A DNA stretch of 39,646 nucleotides from assembly GCA_964649995.1 (NCBI GenBank), contig CAZYRU010000001.1, positions 1 to 39,646 on the forward strand, given 5' to 3'. This document shows positions 19,204-28,195 of the stretch, piece after piece. Both the position numbers and the translations under genes were made by a program. The notes beneath the pieces are model-generated. The model worked only from the letters and a program-made list of their open reading frames with translations. It searched no databases and had not been told where the DNA came from. The stretch is from an uncultured Gammaproteobacteria bacterium (GTDB lineage Bacteria; Patescibacteriota; Microgenomatia; UBA1406; GWC2-37-13). Positions within the stretch are counted from its first letter, which is position 1, and each line of letters begins with the position of its first letter.

Positions 19204-20259
19204 ATGTTGACTCATAACATTAATCTGGCAGACTATAATTATCATCTTCCTTATCATCTAATTGCCAATCAGCCTGTTTACCCGCGAGATCAGTCTCGAC
19301 TGTTAATTTATAATACACAAAAAAATAAAGTTGAATTGGATAGATTTATTAATCTAGATTATTATCTTCCATCAAAATCATTTTTAGTGTTGAATGATAC
19401 TAAAGTTATTCCTTCACGCATAAGTTTATTTAAAGCTAACCAAGCTAAGGTGGGTGTTTTATTCTTAGTCAATGACATTAAACAAAAAGATGGTTATTTA
19501 TTGGTCAAAATTTTAGTGGACAAGAAAGTAAAAGTAGGAGAAAGTTTGTTTTTTCCTGATAGATCGTCTGTACGATTGATTGGGCAGACAAAAAATGTTT
19601 TTAGCTGTCAAAGTAGTCTTTCCCGGGAAGAACTATTTCTGCTTTTGAAAAAATATGGGAAAATGCCTATCCCACTTTATATTAAAAATACTCCTCTTAA
19701 AGAAAACACTTTGCGTCAAGCGTATCAGACGATTTTTGCTTCTGTTCAAGGTTCGGCTGCGGCGCCTACTGCTTCGCTACATTTCACCAAAAGAGTTTTT
19801 TCCCGGCTTAACAAAAAAAATATTCCTCAGTATTTTTTAACTTTACATATTGGTTTAGGAACTTTTGCTCCGCTTAGTCCTGAAAATTTATTACAAAAGA
19901 AACTCCACCGTGAATATTATTCAGTGGGCAATAACCAGTGGCAACAGATTAGTCGCTTAAAACAAGAAGGTAATTCGCTAATTGCAGTTGGTACTACGGT
20001 GGTGCGAACTTTAGAAACTATTGGTTTGACTAATCAGTTAAATGGTGCTACCTCAATCTTTATTTTACCTCCTTTTACTTTTTTTTATGTTGATTGTTTA
20101 ATTACTAATTTTCATTTACCACAGACTTCATTAATGTTACTGGTTGAGGCATTCTTACAATTTAAGAAAGCAAAAAAAAGTCTTATCGAGCTTTATGAAA
20201 TAGCGATTAAACACTCTTTTCGTTTTTATTCTTTTGGCGATGCGATGTTAATTATCTAA
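19204..20259 (+). CDS. queA: S-adenosylmethionine:tRNA ribosyltransferase-isomerase
   Basis: DYNYHLPYHLIANQPVYPRDQSRLLIY, GTTVVRTLE and NFHLPQTSLMLLVEAF are QueA signatures. Confidence 0.85.
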   Translation: MLTHNINLADYNYHLPYHLIANQPVYPRDQSRLLIYNTQKNKVELDRFINLDYYLPSKSFLVLNDTKVIPSRISLFKANQAKVGVLFLVNDIKQKDGYLLVKILVDKKVKVGESLFFPDRSSVRLIGQTKNVFSCQSSLSREELFLLLKKYGKMPIPLYIKNTPLKENTLRQAYQTIFASVQGSAAAPTASLHFTKRVFSRLNKKNIPQYFLTLHIGLGTFAPLSPENLLQKKLHREYYSVGNNQWQQISRLKQEGNSLIAVGTTVVRTLETIGLTNQLNGATSIFILPPFTFFYVDCLITNFHLPQTSLMLLVEAFLQFKKAKKSLIELYEIAIKHSFRFYSFGDAMLII

Positions 20260-20310
20260 TTTTAATAGCTTTCTTAAAGCGCAAAATTTATTTTTGTCGT
20301 TTCTATTCCA

Positions 20311-20338
20311 TTGACAGTGCTCGGGAAAAATGTAAGTT
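20311..20338 (+). promoter_or_regulatory. candidate sigma70-type promoter for comM
   Basis: TTGACA (20311-20316), 16-nt spacer, TAAGTT (20333-20338), 8 nt before the comM ATG region. Confidence 0.3.
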
Positions 20339-20345
20339 GTAATTA

Positions 20346-21866
20346 ATGTTAACTAAAATTTATTCCGGTACTACCATTGGTCTTAAAGGGGTATTAATTG
20401 AAGTAGAGGTAGATGTGGCTAGAAGTGGTTTTCCTACTTTTACAATTGTAGGTTTGCCTGATAAATCGGTAGCTGAAGCTAAGGATCGGGTACGTACAGC
20501 GATTGTTAATGCTGGTTTTTCTATGCCGGATTCAAAAATTACAGTTAATTTGGCGCCGGCTGATATTCCTAAAGAAGGAGCAGGGTTTGACTTACCAATT
20601 GCGTTGGGAATTTTAGCATCTTGTGGAGTGATTAGAAAAGATTTATTAAGTAACAGTTTATTTATCGGTGAACTTTCGCTGTTGGGTGATTTACGTCGCG
20701 TTCCGGGAATTATTTCTTTAAGTTTAATGTTAAAAAAATATCATTTAGAGAATATTTTTCTTCCTTGGGAAAATGCGCAGGAAGCGGCCATGGCTGATGG
20801 TGGCAATGTTTTTCCGGTTAGGAGTTTAAGCGATCTAATCTTTCATCTTAATTTGGAAAAAGCTATTAATCCCTTTTCTCACTTTGATTTTTCTCAATTA
20901 AAAAAACAGGTGAATTATGAATTTGATTTTGCTGACATTCAAGGCCAACAACTGGCAAAACGGGCTTTGGAGATAGCTGCAGCTGGATTTCACAACCTTT
21001 TTTTAAAAGGACCTCCTGGAGCAGGAAAAACTATGTTAGCTAAAGCGTTTCCTTCAATTTTACCGGAGATGAATAAAGAAGAGATTATTCAAGTATCCCA
21101 AATCTATTCGGTTTCCGGTTTAACAGATCGATCGTTTTACACTGCTAATCGTCCTTTTCGTTCACCGCATCATACCATTTCTAAAAGCGGTTTGATCGGC
21201 GGTGGAAGTAATCCAGCTCCAGGAGAGATCTCATTAGCGCATCGTGGAGTGCTTTTTTTAGATGAGTTTTCCGAATTTCCACGTTCGGTGCTTGAGGCCT
21301 TACGTCAGCCGATGGAAGATGGAAAAGTGATTATTTCCCGCGCCAGTGGTAGTCTAAGTTTTCCTTGCCGTTTTGTTTTGCTGGCTACTGCCAATCCCTG
21401 CCCGTGTGGTTATCTTGGTCATCCTACTAAAACCTGTCGTTGTTTGCCTGGAGCGGTTTTAAAATATCAAAAAAAACTTTCCGGTCCTCTGATGGATAGA
21501 ATTGATTTACATCTTGAAGTACAGCCAGTGCCGGAGAAGCAGTTAACTCAGGTAGGATCGCTGGAGACAAGTGCGACAATTAGAGCACGGGTATTGAAGG
21601 CGAGATTAAAACAAATTAACCGGCTTCGCAATACTCCTTTGCACAGTAATGGTGAGATGAGCTCAGTTGAGGTAAAAAAATATTGTCGGCTGCATCCTCA
21701 GGCTCAAGATTTGTTAAAAAAGGCGGTTGGTCAGCTTAATCTTTCTGCCCGTACATATTTTAAAATTATTAAAATTGCTCAAACAATTACTGATTTAAAT
21801 GAGGAAGAGGAGATTACAGCTTCGGCCGTAGCCGAAGCACTTCAGTATCGGATTAAAGAAGGGTGA
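20346..21866 (+). CDS. comM: YifB/ComM family Mg-chelatase-like ATPase
   Basis: N-terminal Lon-protease-like domain (GLPDKSVAEAKDRVRTAI), Walker A GPPGAGKTMLA, Walker B VLFLDEF, and Cys cluster CPCGYLGHPTKTCRC. Confidence 0.9.
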   Translation: MLTKIYSGTTIGLKGVLIEVEVDVARSGFPTFTIVGLPDKSVAEAKDRVRTAIVNAGFSMPDSKITVNLAPADIPKEGAGFDLPIALGILASCGVIRKDLLSNSLFIGELSLLGDLRRVPGIISLSLMLKKYHLENIFLPWENAQEAAMADGGNVFPVRSLSDLIFHLNLEKAINPFSHFDFSQLKKQVNYEFDFADIQGQQLAKRALEIAAAGFHNLFLKGPPGAGKTMLAKAFPSILPEMNKEEIIQVSQIYSVSGLTDRSFYTANRPFRSPHHTISKSGLIGGGSNPAPGEISLAHRGVLFLDEFSEFPRSVLEALRQPMEDGKVIISRASGSLSFPCRFVLLATANPCPCGYLGHPTKTCRCLPGAVLKYQKKLSGPLMDRIDLHLEVQPVPEKQLTQVGSLETSATIRARVLKARLKQINRLRNTPLHSNGEMSSVEVKKYCRLHPQAQDLLKKAVGQLNLSARTYFKIIKIAQTITDLNEEEEITASAVAEALQYRIKEG

Positions 21867-22104
21867 TAAAGCCAATTATTTAATTAATTCTTCTATTTCC
21901 AGTCAAAAGACATCTTTTTAATTGTTTCTTGGCTTGTGTCGCTCTTGCTTTACTTCTATTATTCTTCTGCCTTATTTTGTTTGGTTGTTTTTAATGCTTT
22001 CTGTGGTTTTTGACCTGATCGGGGATTTATATCAACTCAGAATGATACAAGCTACAGAGAATGATTAAAAAAATTATCTTTTTAATCACAAAACTGTATC
22101 TCAC

Positions 22105-22134
22105 TTGACAAATGATAAATTATCAAACTATAAT
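22105..22134 (+). promoter_or_regulatory. near-consensus sigma70 promoter for the pilin-like gene pair
   Basis: TTGACA (22105-22110), 18-nt spacer, TATAAT (22129-22134), 8 nt upstream of ATG 22143. Confidence 0.45.
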
Positions 22135-22142
22135 GAGGCTAT

Positions 22143-22517
22143 ATGAAAATTATTACTTATTTAAATAATATTTTAGCTAAACCAGTTTTTGCTCAAACAG
22201 TTCAATCTCAGCTTCCATGGAAAATTCCTACTTTGCCCGGTATTATTACTTTTTTAATCCGGATTTTTTTCTCAATTGCGGCGTTAGCAGCTTTGTTATA
22301 TTTACTATTAGGGGCTTTTGCTTGGGTTACCTCATCAGGAAATAAAGAGAATGTGCAAAAAGCTCAGGATAAAATTCAAGCTGCGGTAGTAGGGTTAATT
22401 TTAATTGCGGCGGTGTTGGCAATTGGAGTAACATTGGAACAGTTTGTTTTTAAACAAAATGTTTGTTTAGGTTTAACTTGCGAAATTAAAATTCCCGCCT
22501 TGCTTGAACCAAATTAA
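22143..22517 (+). CDS. T4SS-type (TrbC/VirB2-like) pilin family protein
   Basis: Signal peptide ending PVFAQ. Two TM helices flank the loop GAFAWVTSSGNKENVQKAQDKIQAAVVGLILIAAV, a pattern typical of the CPR pilin / VirB2-like family. Confidence 0.6.
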   Translation: MKIITYLNNILAKPVFAQTVQSQLPWKIPTLPGIITFLIRIFFSIAALAALLYLLLGAFAWVTSSGNKENVQKAQDKIQAAVVGLILIAAVLAIGVTLEQFVFKQNVCLGLTCEIKIPALLEPN

Positions 22518-22531
22518 AATTATTAAGATCA

Positions 22532-22885
22532 GTGATGATTATGCTTCATTTTGTGGTGTTTGCTCAGGAAGCATCCGATTGGGCCAGTTGTAGTGTTGAT
22601 GGTGTACCTACCTTAAAGTGTTTCGAACTAATTTTTAGTAACATTCTTACTCTTTCCACCAGTCTTATGTTTTTAGCTTTATTTATTATGCTTTTAGTAG
22701 GAGGGTTTCAGTATTTAACTTCCCTAGGTAATCCGGAAAAAATCAAAAAAGCGCAAGGTACCTTAAAGTTTGCGGTTATTGGTCTTATTGTTTTTATAAG
22801 CTCTTTTTTAATTCTTAAGACTATTGATTTTCTATTTTTAGGCGGTCAAGGAAAAATCTTTCTTTTTGAAATTCCCGGTGGTTAA
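22532..22885 (+). CDS. T4SS-type (TrbC/VirB2-like) pilin family protein, paralog
   Basis: Same architecture: VFAQEA signal end, then LLVGGFQYLTSLGNPEKIKKAQGTLKFAVIGLIVFISS. 14-nt gap after the first paralog. The start may be ATG 22535. Confidence 0.6.
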   Translation: MMIMLHFVVFAQEASDWASCSVDGVPTLKCFELIFSNILTLSTSLMFLALFIMLLVGGFQYLTSLGNPEKIKKAQGTLKFAVIGLIVFISSFLILKTIDFLFLGGQGKIFLFEIPGG

Positions 22886-22888
22886 ATT

Positions 22889-23038
22889 TTAAGGTGAAGG
22901 AGTAATTAAAATTACCTTAACCCCGTCTTTTTCCGGAAGCGGTGAGACTAAACGACTGTTTTCTTTTATTAAATTAATAATTACCACTAAAAGCAAGGCT
23001 AACCCAAGTGCTATTAATAGATAGCCTAGTTTTTTCAT
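22889..23038 (-). CDS. unlisted 49-aa single-TM ORF translationally coupled to the GT2 gene
   Basis: Hand translation gives MKKLGYLLIALGLALLLVVIINLIKENSRLVSPLPEKDGVKVILITPSP. Its ATG overlaps the TGA stop of gene 23035..23976 (ATGA). Below the ORF-track size cut-off. Confidence 0.3.
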   Translation of the reverse strand: MKKLGYLLIALGLALLLVVIINLIKENSRLVSPLPEKDGVKVILITPSP

Positions 23039-23976
23039 AAATTAATTTTTTCTTTAATTAAATAGTGGGGTCGATGTTGAATTTCCTGATAAATCCTCCC
23101 AATATATTCGCCAATAATGCCAATAGTAAGTAATTGAATACCTCCTAAAAACATAATCCCTACAAACAAAGCAGTCCAGCCAGTGACCCAATAGCGTGGT
23201 AAAAAAATTCTGCCTAAGATAGCATAAACAATTCCCAAAAAACCTAATCCCGCCGAAGCAAATCCAAAATAACTAGCAATTTTTAACGGTTTAACCGAGA
23301 AGGAAATAATGCCATCAAGAGCAAAATTAATCATTTTAGAAAGTGTGTAGTTAGTTTTGCCAGCAAATCGTTTTTCCCGCTTAAAATAAACATATTCAGA
23401 AGGATAATTGCCCCAAGCTACTAGTCCTCTTAAAAAGCGTGCCTGTTCCGGTAAAATATTAATAAAGTTAACCACTTCCCGATCAAGCAGGCGATAATCT
23501 CCGACATTATTGGGAATTGGAGTATCAGAAAGAAAGTTAATAAATCGATAAAATAGATTGGCAGTTTGTTGTTTAAAAAAACTATCAACTTCCCGGGTAC
23601 TTCTTTTAGCATAAACCACCTTCGCGCCTTTTTGCCATCGATCAATCATTGAAGGAATAATTTCCGGTGGATCCTGAAGATCAGCATCCATACTAATCAC
23701 GCAATCACCTTTAGCAAATTGATAACCACAACTGAGCGCTTTTTGGTGGCCGAAATTACGGTAAAAACTAATTACCTTTAGTTGGTGATTCGTTGCCGCT
23801 TCTTGTTTCAGTAACGATATACTGGTGTCACTTGAGCCATCGTCTACAAAGATAATTTCAGATTGGTATTGATTTAAAATTGGCTTTAGCCGTTTAAGAA
23901 ATGGGAGAATATTTTTTTCTTCGTTATAAACAGGCACTATGAGTGAAACCAAGAAATCGTTTTTCTTTAATTTCAT
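23035..23976 (-). CDS. GT2-family polyprenyl-phosphate glycosyltransferase (GtrB/ArnC-like)
   Basis: VSLIVPVYNEEKNI, FVDDGSSD and MDADLQDPPE motifs, plus two C-terminal TM helices. Confidence 0.8.
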   Translation of the reverse strand: MKLKKNDFLVSLIVPVYNEEKNILPFLKRLKPILNQYQSEIIFVDDGSSDTSISLLKQEAATNHQLKVISFYRNFGHQKALSCGYQFAKGDCVISMDADLQDPPEIIPSMIDRWQKGAKVVYAKRSTREVDSFFKQQTANLFYRFINFLSDTPIPNNVGDYRLLDREVVNFINILPEQARFLRGLVAWGNYPSEYVYFKREKRFAGKTNYTLSKMINFALDGIISFSVKPLKIASYFGFASAGLGFLGIVYAILGRIFLPRYWVTGWTALFVGIMFLGGIQLLTIGIIGEYIGRIYQEIQHRPHYLIKEKINL

Positions 23977-24053
23977 AAACCTATTTTATAATATTTGTTT
24001 TTAAAAATTAAATTAGTTTTTGACTAGTTAATGTTTAAAAAAGTAGTTTATTC

Positions 24054-24443
24054 TTATTTTATTTTTTTTAAAGACATATCAAACGGAGTACTAAGCTGGT
24101 TAAGCTGGTTGTCTAGTGGGATAAGAATATCATTTTGCAGGCGGTAATATTTTTTACCACCTTTGTTATAAGGAATTAATTCAAAATAAATATTTTGTGT
24201 GTCTTTGGGTGAGTTGGGAATTTTCTGCCATTGACCAATTTCCTCAAATGAGCGATTTTTCCCTTGATAGATATATTTTTCTTTATAAGTATGATTAAGA
24301 TAAAGAGTAAGAGTTGCCTTAATACCTTGACAATCGGCGCAAGGAAATTGAGCTTGATAAGTAGTACCGATTGAACCATAAATAAAGACAGCAATTAGAA
24401 ACAAGCTAATTATTATAACACCTAGTCGTAAAAATTTTTTCAT
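24054..24443 (-). CDS. NlpE-N-terminal-domain-like lipoprotein/membrane-anchored protein
   Basis: FPCADCQGIKATLTLYLNHTY matches the CxDCxGI motif of the NlpE/CutF N-terminal domain. The start is moved to MKKFLRL (ATG 24443); the ORF track extends to 24479. Confidence 0.55.
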   Translation of the reverse strand: MKKFLRLGVIIISLFLIAVFIYGSIGTTYQAQFPCADCQGIKATLTLYLNHTYKEKYIYQGKNRSFEEIGQWQKIPNSPKDTQNIYFELIPYNKGGKKYYRLQNDILIPLDNQLNQLSTPFDMSLKKIK

Positions 24444-24500
24444 AGAAAAATGATAGTAGATCCTAATTTTATTTGTCAATCTTAATTAATTGTTTTTATT

Positions 24501-24947
24501 TCACGCCTTCTTTAATATAAGAGAAAGAAGTTTAATAATCCTTTGTGGTTCCGCTTTACTTTTAAGTTGTTTTATGCAGAGGCCAATTAGCGCTTTGGAA
24601 TTTTGTTGGGCAAGTGGTTGATTGGCGGCAATTATTTTTTTGATTTCTGCTATTAATTCTTCATCACTAGCTTGAGGGGGAAGATAGCTGTGAATTATTG
24701 CTAATTGTCGTTTATTTTCCGCTGCCAGATCAAAGCGCTTACCTTTTTCGAAAGCGCTGATTGCTTCTTTCAGTTCCTTAGCAAATTTTTGTAATATTAT
24801 AATAATTTCTTCATCTGTTAATTCGGCTTTTTTTTCGATTTGGGCATTTTTAATCCGGGCAAGCAACATACGCAACAGTCCTAGTTTTTCTTTTTGGCCG
24901 GTTTTTAAAGCGATGATTTGTTCCGCTTGCATTTTTTGCTGGATCAT
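24501..24947 (-). CDS. GatB/YqeY domain-containing protein
   Basis: 148 aa. ALKTGQKEKLGLLRMLLARIKNAQIEK and SYLPPQASDEELIAEIKKII are typical of YqeY. Confidence 0.8.
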   Translation of the reverse strand: MIQQKMQAEQIIALKTGQKEKLGLLRMLLARIKNAQIEKKAELTDEEIIIILQKFAKELKEAISAFEKGKRFDLAAENKRQLAIIHSYLPPQASDEELIAEIKKIIAANQPLAQQNSKALIGLCIKQLKSKAEPQRIIKLLSLILKKA

Positions 24948-24963
24948 TTCATAATTATAACCT

Positions 24964-25365
24964 ATGACAAATAAAAATCGTATTGATATTATTGATTCTT
25001 TAAATCAAATAAAAAAAATATTATTTGCTCAACCCGATTACCAAAAAATGCGTGATGAGATAAGAATGATGGGTTTTAAAGTTAAACCTTTAGTAGGGAA
25101 TGTTGCCGAGGTTAATCTTCAGGATTTAAGATTAATGGAAATTATATGGCGCTTGGGAAAGTTGGAGGAGTTCTTTATACGAGATTTTGACAAAATTCCC
25201 GTGAAACAGCAACAATCTTTTTTAAGAATTTTTGAAATGGTAAAAAAGCATTTACAGGATAGTCTAACTCGGCTTGATATTCGCCAAAACAATCCTCAAA
25301 ACTTCTCACCTTGGGTTGAGATGGAGATTATTAAAGAAATTCCTCATCAGGACAAGATCAATTAA
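24964..25365 (+). CDS. hypothetical protein (133 aa)
   Basis: ORF with no recognisable motif. Its stop abuts the start of the next gene. Confidence 0.45.
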   Translation: MTNKNRIDIIDSLNQIKKILFAQPDYQKMRDEIRMMGFKVKPLVGNVAEVNLQDLRLMEIIWRLGKLEEFFIRDFDKIPVKQQQSFLRIFEMVKKHLQDSLTRLDIRQNNPQNFSPWVEMEIIKEIPHQDKIN

Positions 25366-25366
25366 T

Positions 25367-25948
25367 ATGAAAAAATTTCCGATAATTATTGATGTGGAGA
25401 CAAAACATAGTTTTCGTGATTTTAGCGATCCGGCAAAATTGGGGGTAACTGTTGTTGCACTCTTTGATTATAAAGACAATCGGGGAATGGTTTTTTTAGA
25501 AAAAGAGATTAATCAGCTGTTTCCTCTTTTGGAAAATAGTTCTTATGTTGTGGGTTTTAATAATAAAAGTTTTGATTTACCAGTGCTTCAGGCTTATTAT
25601 CCCGGCCGGATTGAAAGCTTTACGGTTTTTGATATCATGGATGATGTGCGAGAAAAAATTGGCCGGCGTTTGGCATTGAATGATTTAATTACCGCTACTT
25701 TAGGTAAAAAAAAGACCGGTCATGGGTTAATGGCAATTAATTATTATAAAGAGGGAGAGTGGGAAAAGCTTAAACAATATTGTTTGGATGATGTAATGTT
25801 GACAAAAGAATTATTTGATTTTGGGATAAAATACGGTGAGATTTATTATCTAAATGGCATTAATAAGGAAAAAATTAAGGTGGATTGGAAAAAATATTTA
25901 GAAGAAGAAGGTAAATCCAGTGATTTTCATCTTACTTTACCTTTTTAA
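25367..25948 (+). CDS. DEDD-type 3'-5' exonuclease / RNase H-like fold protein
   Basis: IIDVETKHSF (Exo I), VVGFNNKSFDLPVL (Exo II) and YCLDDVMLTKELF (Exo III). The start is set at ATG 25367 (MKKFPII). The ORF-track extension to 25274 overlaps the preceding gene. Confidence 0.6.
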   Translation: MKKFPIIIDVETKHSFRDFSDPAKLGVTVVALFDYKDNRGMVFLEKEINQLFPLLENSSYVVGFNNKSFDLPVLQAYYPGRIESFTVFDIMDDVREKIGRRLALNDLITATLGKKKTGHGLMAINYYKEGEWEKLKQYCLDDVMLTKELFDFGIKYGEIYYLNGINKEKIKVDWKKYLEEEGKSSDFHLTLPF

Positions 25949-26114
25949 AATCAGACGGATCTTTTTTTATTATTTCTATGATATCTATCAACCGCATATC
26001 AAGCGGGAATCTTTTTATCAAATACTCTAAGGCGGCTTCGGTTCCCATAATGCCTTCTGTTATAGTGGTTTTTGATTTAGGTTGATCTAAATTTATTTTT
26101 CTTTCTTTTTCCAT
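25932..26114 (-). CDS. hypothetical small protein (60 aa)
   Basis: Only an ORF. It overlaps the convergent exonuclease gene by 17 nt. Coding status uncertain. Confidence 0.25.
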   Translation of the reverse strand: MEKERKINLDQPKSKTTITEGIMGTEAALEYLIKRFPLDMRLIDIIEIIKKDPSDFKKVK

Positions 26115-26188
26115 AGTATTATTATCTTAATTATAATATGAAGGCGGGAAGAAGTAGAGAGTATTTTTTATTTAAAAACTTGATTTTA

Positions 26189-26218
26189 TTGATATAATAA
26201 GTTTATTATTTGTAAAAT
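26189..26218 (+). promoter_or_regulatory. candidate promoter for tRNA-Asn
   Basis: TTGATA (26189-26194), 18-nt spacer, TAAAAT (26213-26218). This puts the start about 7 nt downstream, at the tRNA 5' end. Confidence 0.35.
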
Positions 26219-26224
26219 TAAATA

Positions 26225-26297
26225 TCCCCTGTAGCTCAATCGGTAGAGCAGGAAGCTGTTAACTTCAAGGTTCCTGGTTCGAGTCCAGGCGGGGGAG
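26225..26297 (+). tRNA. tRNA-Asn (anticodon GUU)
   Basis: Hand-folded 73-nt cloverleaf. Acceptor TCCCCTG/CGGGGGA (one G-U), D stem GCTC/GAGC, anticodon loop CTGTTAA, T arm CCTGG-TTCGAGT-CCAGG, discriminator G. Confidence 0.9.
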
Positions 26298-27764
26298 CTG
26301 AACTTGTCTTAATCTGACCATGTTGGCGGTCTTTAAGGCATTAAGAATTGGTGTAGGCTTGGCTTCAATAATTACTTTATCTTCCACTACAAATCTTTCA
26401 TAAAAGAACCGCAGGTAATGACGTTTAAGCGGGTCTGGTGCGTTCTTGTAAGGTCTTGTAGATGTCTTTAGTGAGAAACAGCGTTTCTTCGATTAAGGGC
26501 ATGTCTAATTTGCCTTCTTCTTCGACTTCTTCAATCTGGGTTTGCAGATTATTAATCTGTTGGGTAATTTCAGCGTGCTTTCTCTTGTAAGTATCCCTAT
26601 CAATTGATTCATCTATGAGCAAATCCTCAAGTTTGTTTCTTTTGCTTTCCAGTCCTGCTCTTTGATTAATCGCATGCCTTGAGTATTCTTTCTGCCTGTA
26701 TTTAGGAAATCTTTTGCCTGTTGTTTTACCTGATTAATGAAATCATCTGTAAACTCAATTTCCTTGATATAGCCTTCGACCTGTTACTCTAAATCTTTAG
26801 CCTGAACATATTTCTGCTTGCAGTCGGGTGAATAACGCTTCTGGCAGTGATAATAATAAACTTTTCGCTTATTGCTTCTGATTGTTGAGACATCACCAAC
26901 TAACCTCATTCCGCAGGTGCAGAAGACAAAACCGCGAAGCAGAAAATCGTACTTTCTTTCTCTTAAAAGAAAATGTCGATGCTTTTCGAGTATGTATTGA
27001 CAGGTGTCAAATAATTGCTTATTTATTAGCGGTGTATGCTTGCCCATTTTCTCTTGTCCGTGCCATCTAATGAGTCCGTAGTAGAACGGATTATTGAGAA
27101 TATTATTGATTCTACTGAAGCTGATAATAGTACCGTTCTTGGAAATAATATTCTTGTCTTTTAACCACTCTTGTAGTGACTGCATTGAGTATTGGCCTGT
27201 TGAATAAAGTTCAAACATCTGCTTAACAATTGGTGCTGTATACGGGTCAGGTTCACAATACTTTCTTTCACCTTCACCGCCTACACTTCGATAACCGATT
27301 GGCGGCGGTGTCGGCTGCCAGCCTGATTTAAACTTTTCCATTAAAGCATCTCTAGTGCGCTGTCCATTAACTTCGCTTTCCCATTGAGCTACTGAAGCAA
27401 AGATATTAGGCACCAAACTTGAACCATTGGATAAGTCGCCTTCTAAGACAGAAATTAAATTAATGCCCTTTTCTTTAAACTCGTTCCAAATTCTTGAGAA
27501 GTCAGTTACGTTTCTTGCAAAGCGGTCAATTTTATAAATCACCACGCAATCAATACCCTTCTTTTTTATCTCTTTGAGCATCTGCTGGAATTCGGGACGA
27601 TTGACTGTTCGGCCTGACTTACCTTCATCAACAAAGACATTTACGAGATGAAGTCCTCTTGTTTTACAGTAGTCAACGATTGAGGCTTTCTGATGGTCAA
27701 GAGAGAAGCCTTCTTCAGCTTGACCTACTGTGCTGACCCTGATATATCCAAATGCTCTTTTCAT
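26265..27764 (-). pseudogene. large serine recombinase (integrase), disrupted
   Basis: Resolvase catalytic domain (AFGYIRVSTVGQ, VVIYKIDRFARN), recombinase domain and a Cys-rich zinc ribbon are intact to 26787. There is an in-frame TAA at 26784-26786 (..AKDLE*QVEGYIKEIEF..). One frameshift lies near 26698-26706 and a second near 26445-26460. The last frame (..KRHYLRFFYERFVVEDKVIIEAKPTPILNALKTANMVRLRQVQLPRLDSNQEP*) ends at 26265, inside tRNA-Asn. Confidence 0.8.
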
Positions 27765-27801
27765 AATTGTCGAAATTGTCTTTTATTTAATTTTCAATCA
27801 G

Positions 27802-28170
27802 TTAAACGCAAATGGCACCGGGAACAGTGCTTATCTCATTGTTCAACTCGGCATTACGCCTTTTGATATCCACTAACAGAATCTGAAATAACTGCTTGGC
27901 GGCAAATTCAACTGTTGCCTGCAGACGGGGGGTATTGTTGTTAGATTTAGTTGACTTTACTAATGGTTGAGAAGATTCTTTGGGTGCCGCACTTTCTGTC
28001 CATATCTCACTTTGTGATATTTCAGATTGCGGCATATTTCCATTTGTCTTTGCCTTGACCATAAGGGCGGTAGTGGTCTCACTGCTATTTCCATTACAAA
28101 TTTGCCTAGACTCTTCAAACTCAAGGCTAAATGGGTCTTTAAAACTCTTTATTTGCTTATTCGTGTTCAT
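27802..28170 (-). CDS. hypothetical protein (about 122 aa, low complexity)
   Basis: ORF directly upstream of the recombinase on the same strand. The likely start is ATG 28170 (MNTNKQ); the ORF track opens at TTG 28185. Confidence 0.4.
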   Translation of the reverse strand: MNTNKQIKSFKDPFSLEFEESRQICNGNSSETTTALMVKAKTNGNMPQSEISQSEIWTESAAPKESSQPLVKSTKSNNNTPRLQATVEFAAKQLFQILLVDIKRRNAELNNEISTVPGAICV

Positions 28171-28195
28171 GGTTAAAATGGTCAAATTTCAATAG

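Noticed and set aside
21867-22104. Possible 48-aa hydrophobic ORF (TTG start) or ncRNA in the 276-nt spacer after comM
   Set aside because: There is no ATG start, no SD and no recognisable structure. The pyrimidine-rich sequence readily yields hydrophobic pseudo-ORFs.
22888-22920. Hairpin TTAAGGT-N19-ACCTTAA as terminator after the second pilin gene
   Set aside because: The stem is weak (7 bp, AT-rich), the loop is long and there is no U-tract. The region is also covered by the candidate 49-aa minus-strand ORF.
25274-25366. N-terminal extension of the exonuclease ORF given in the ORF track
   Set aside because: It overlaps the preceding gene 24964..25365 in another frame. The conserved Exo I motif begins right after ATG 25367.
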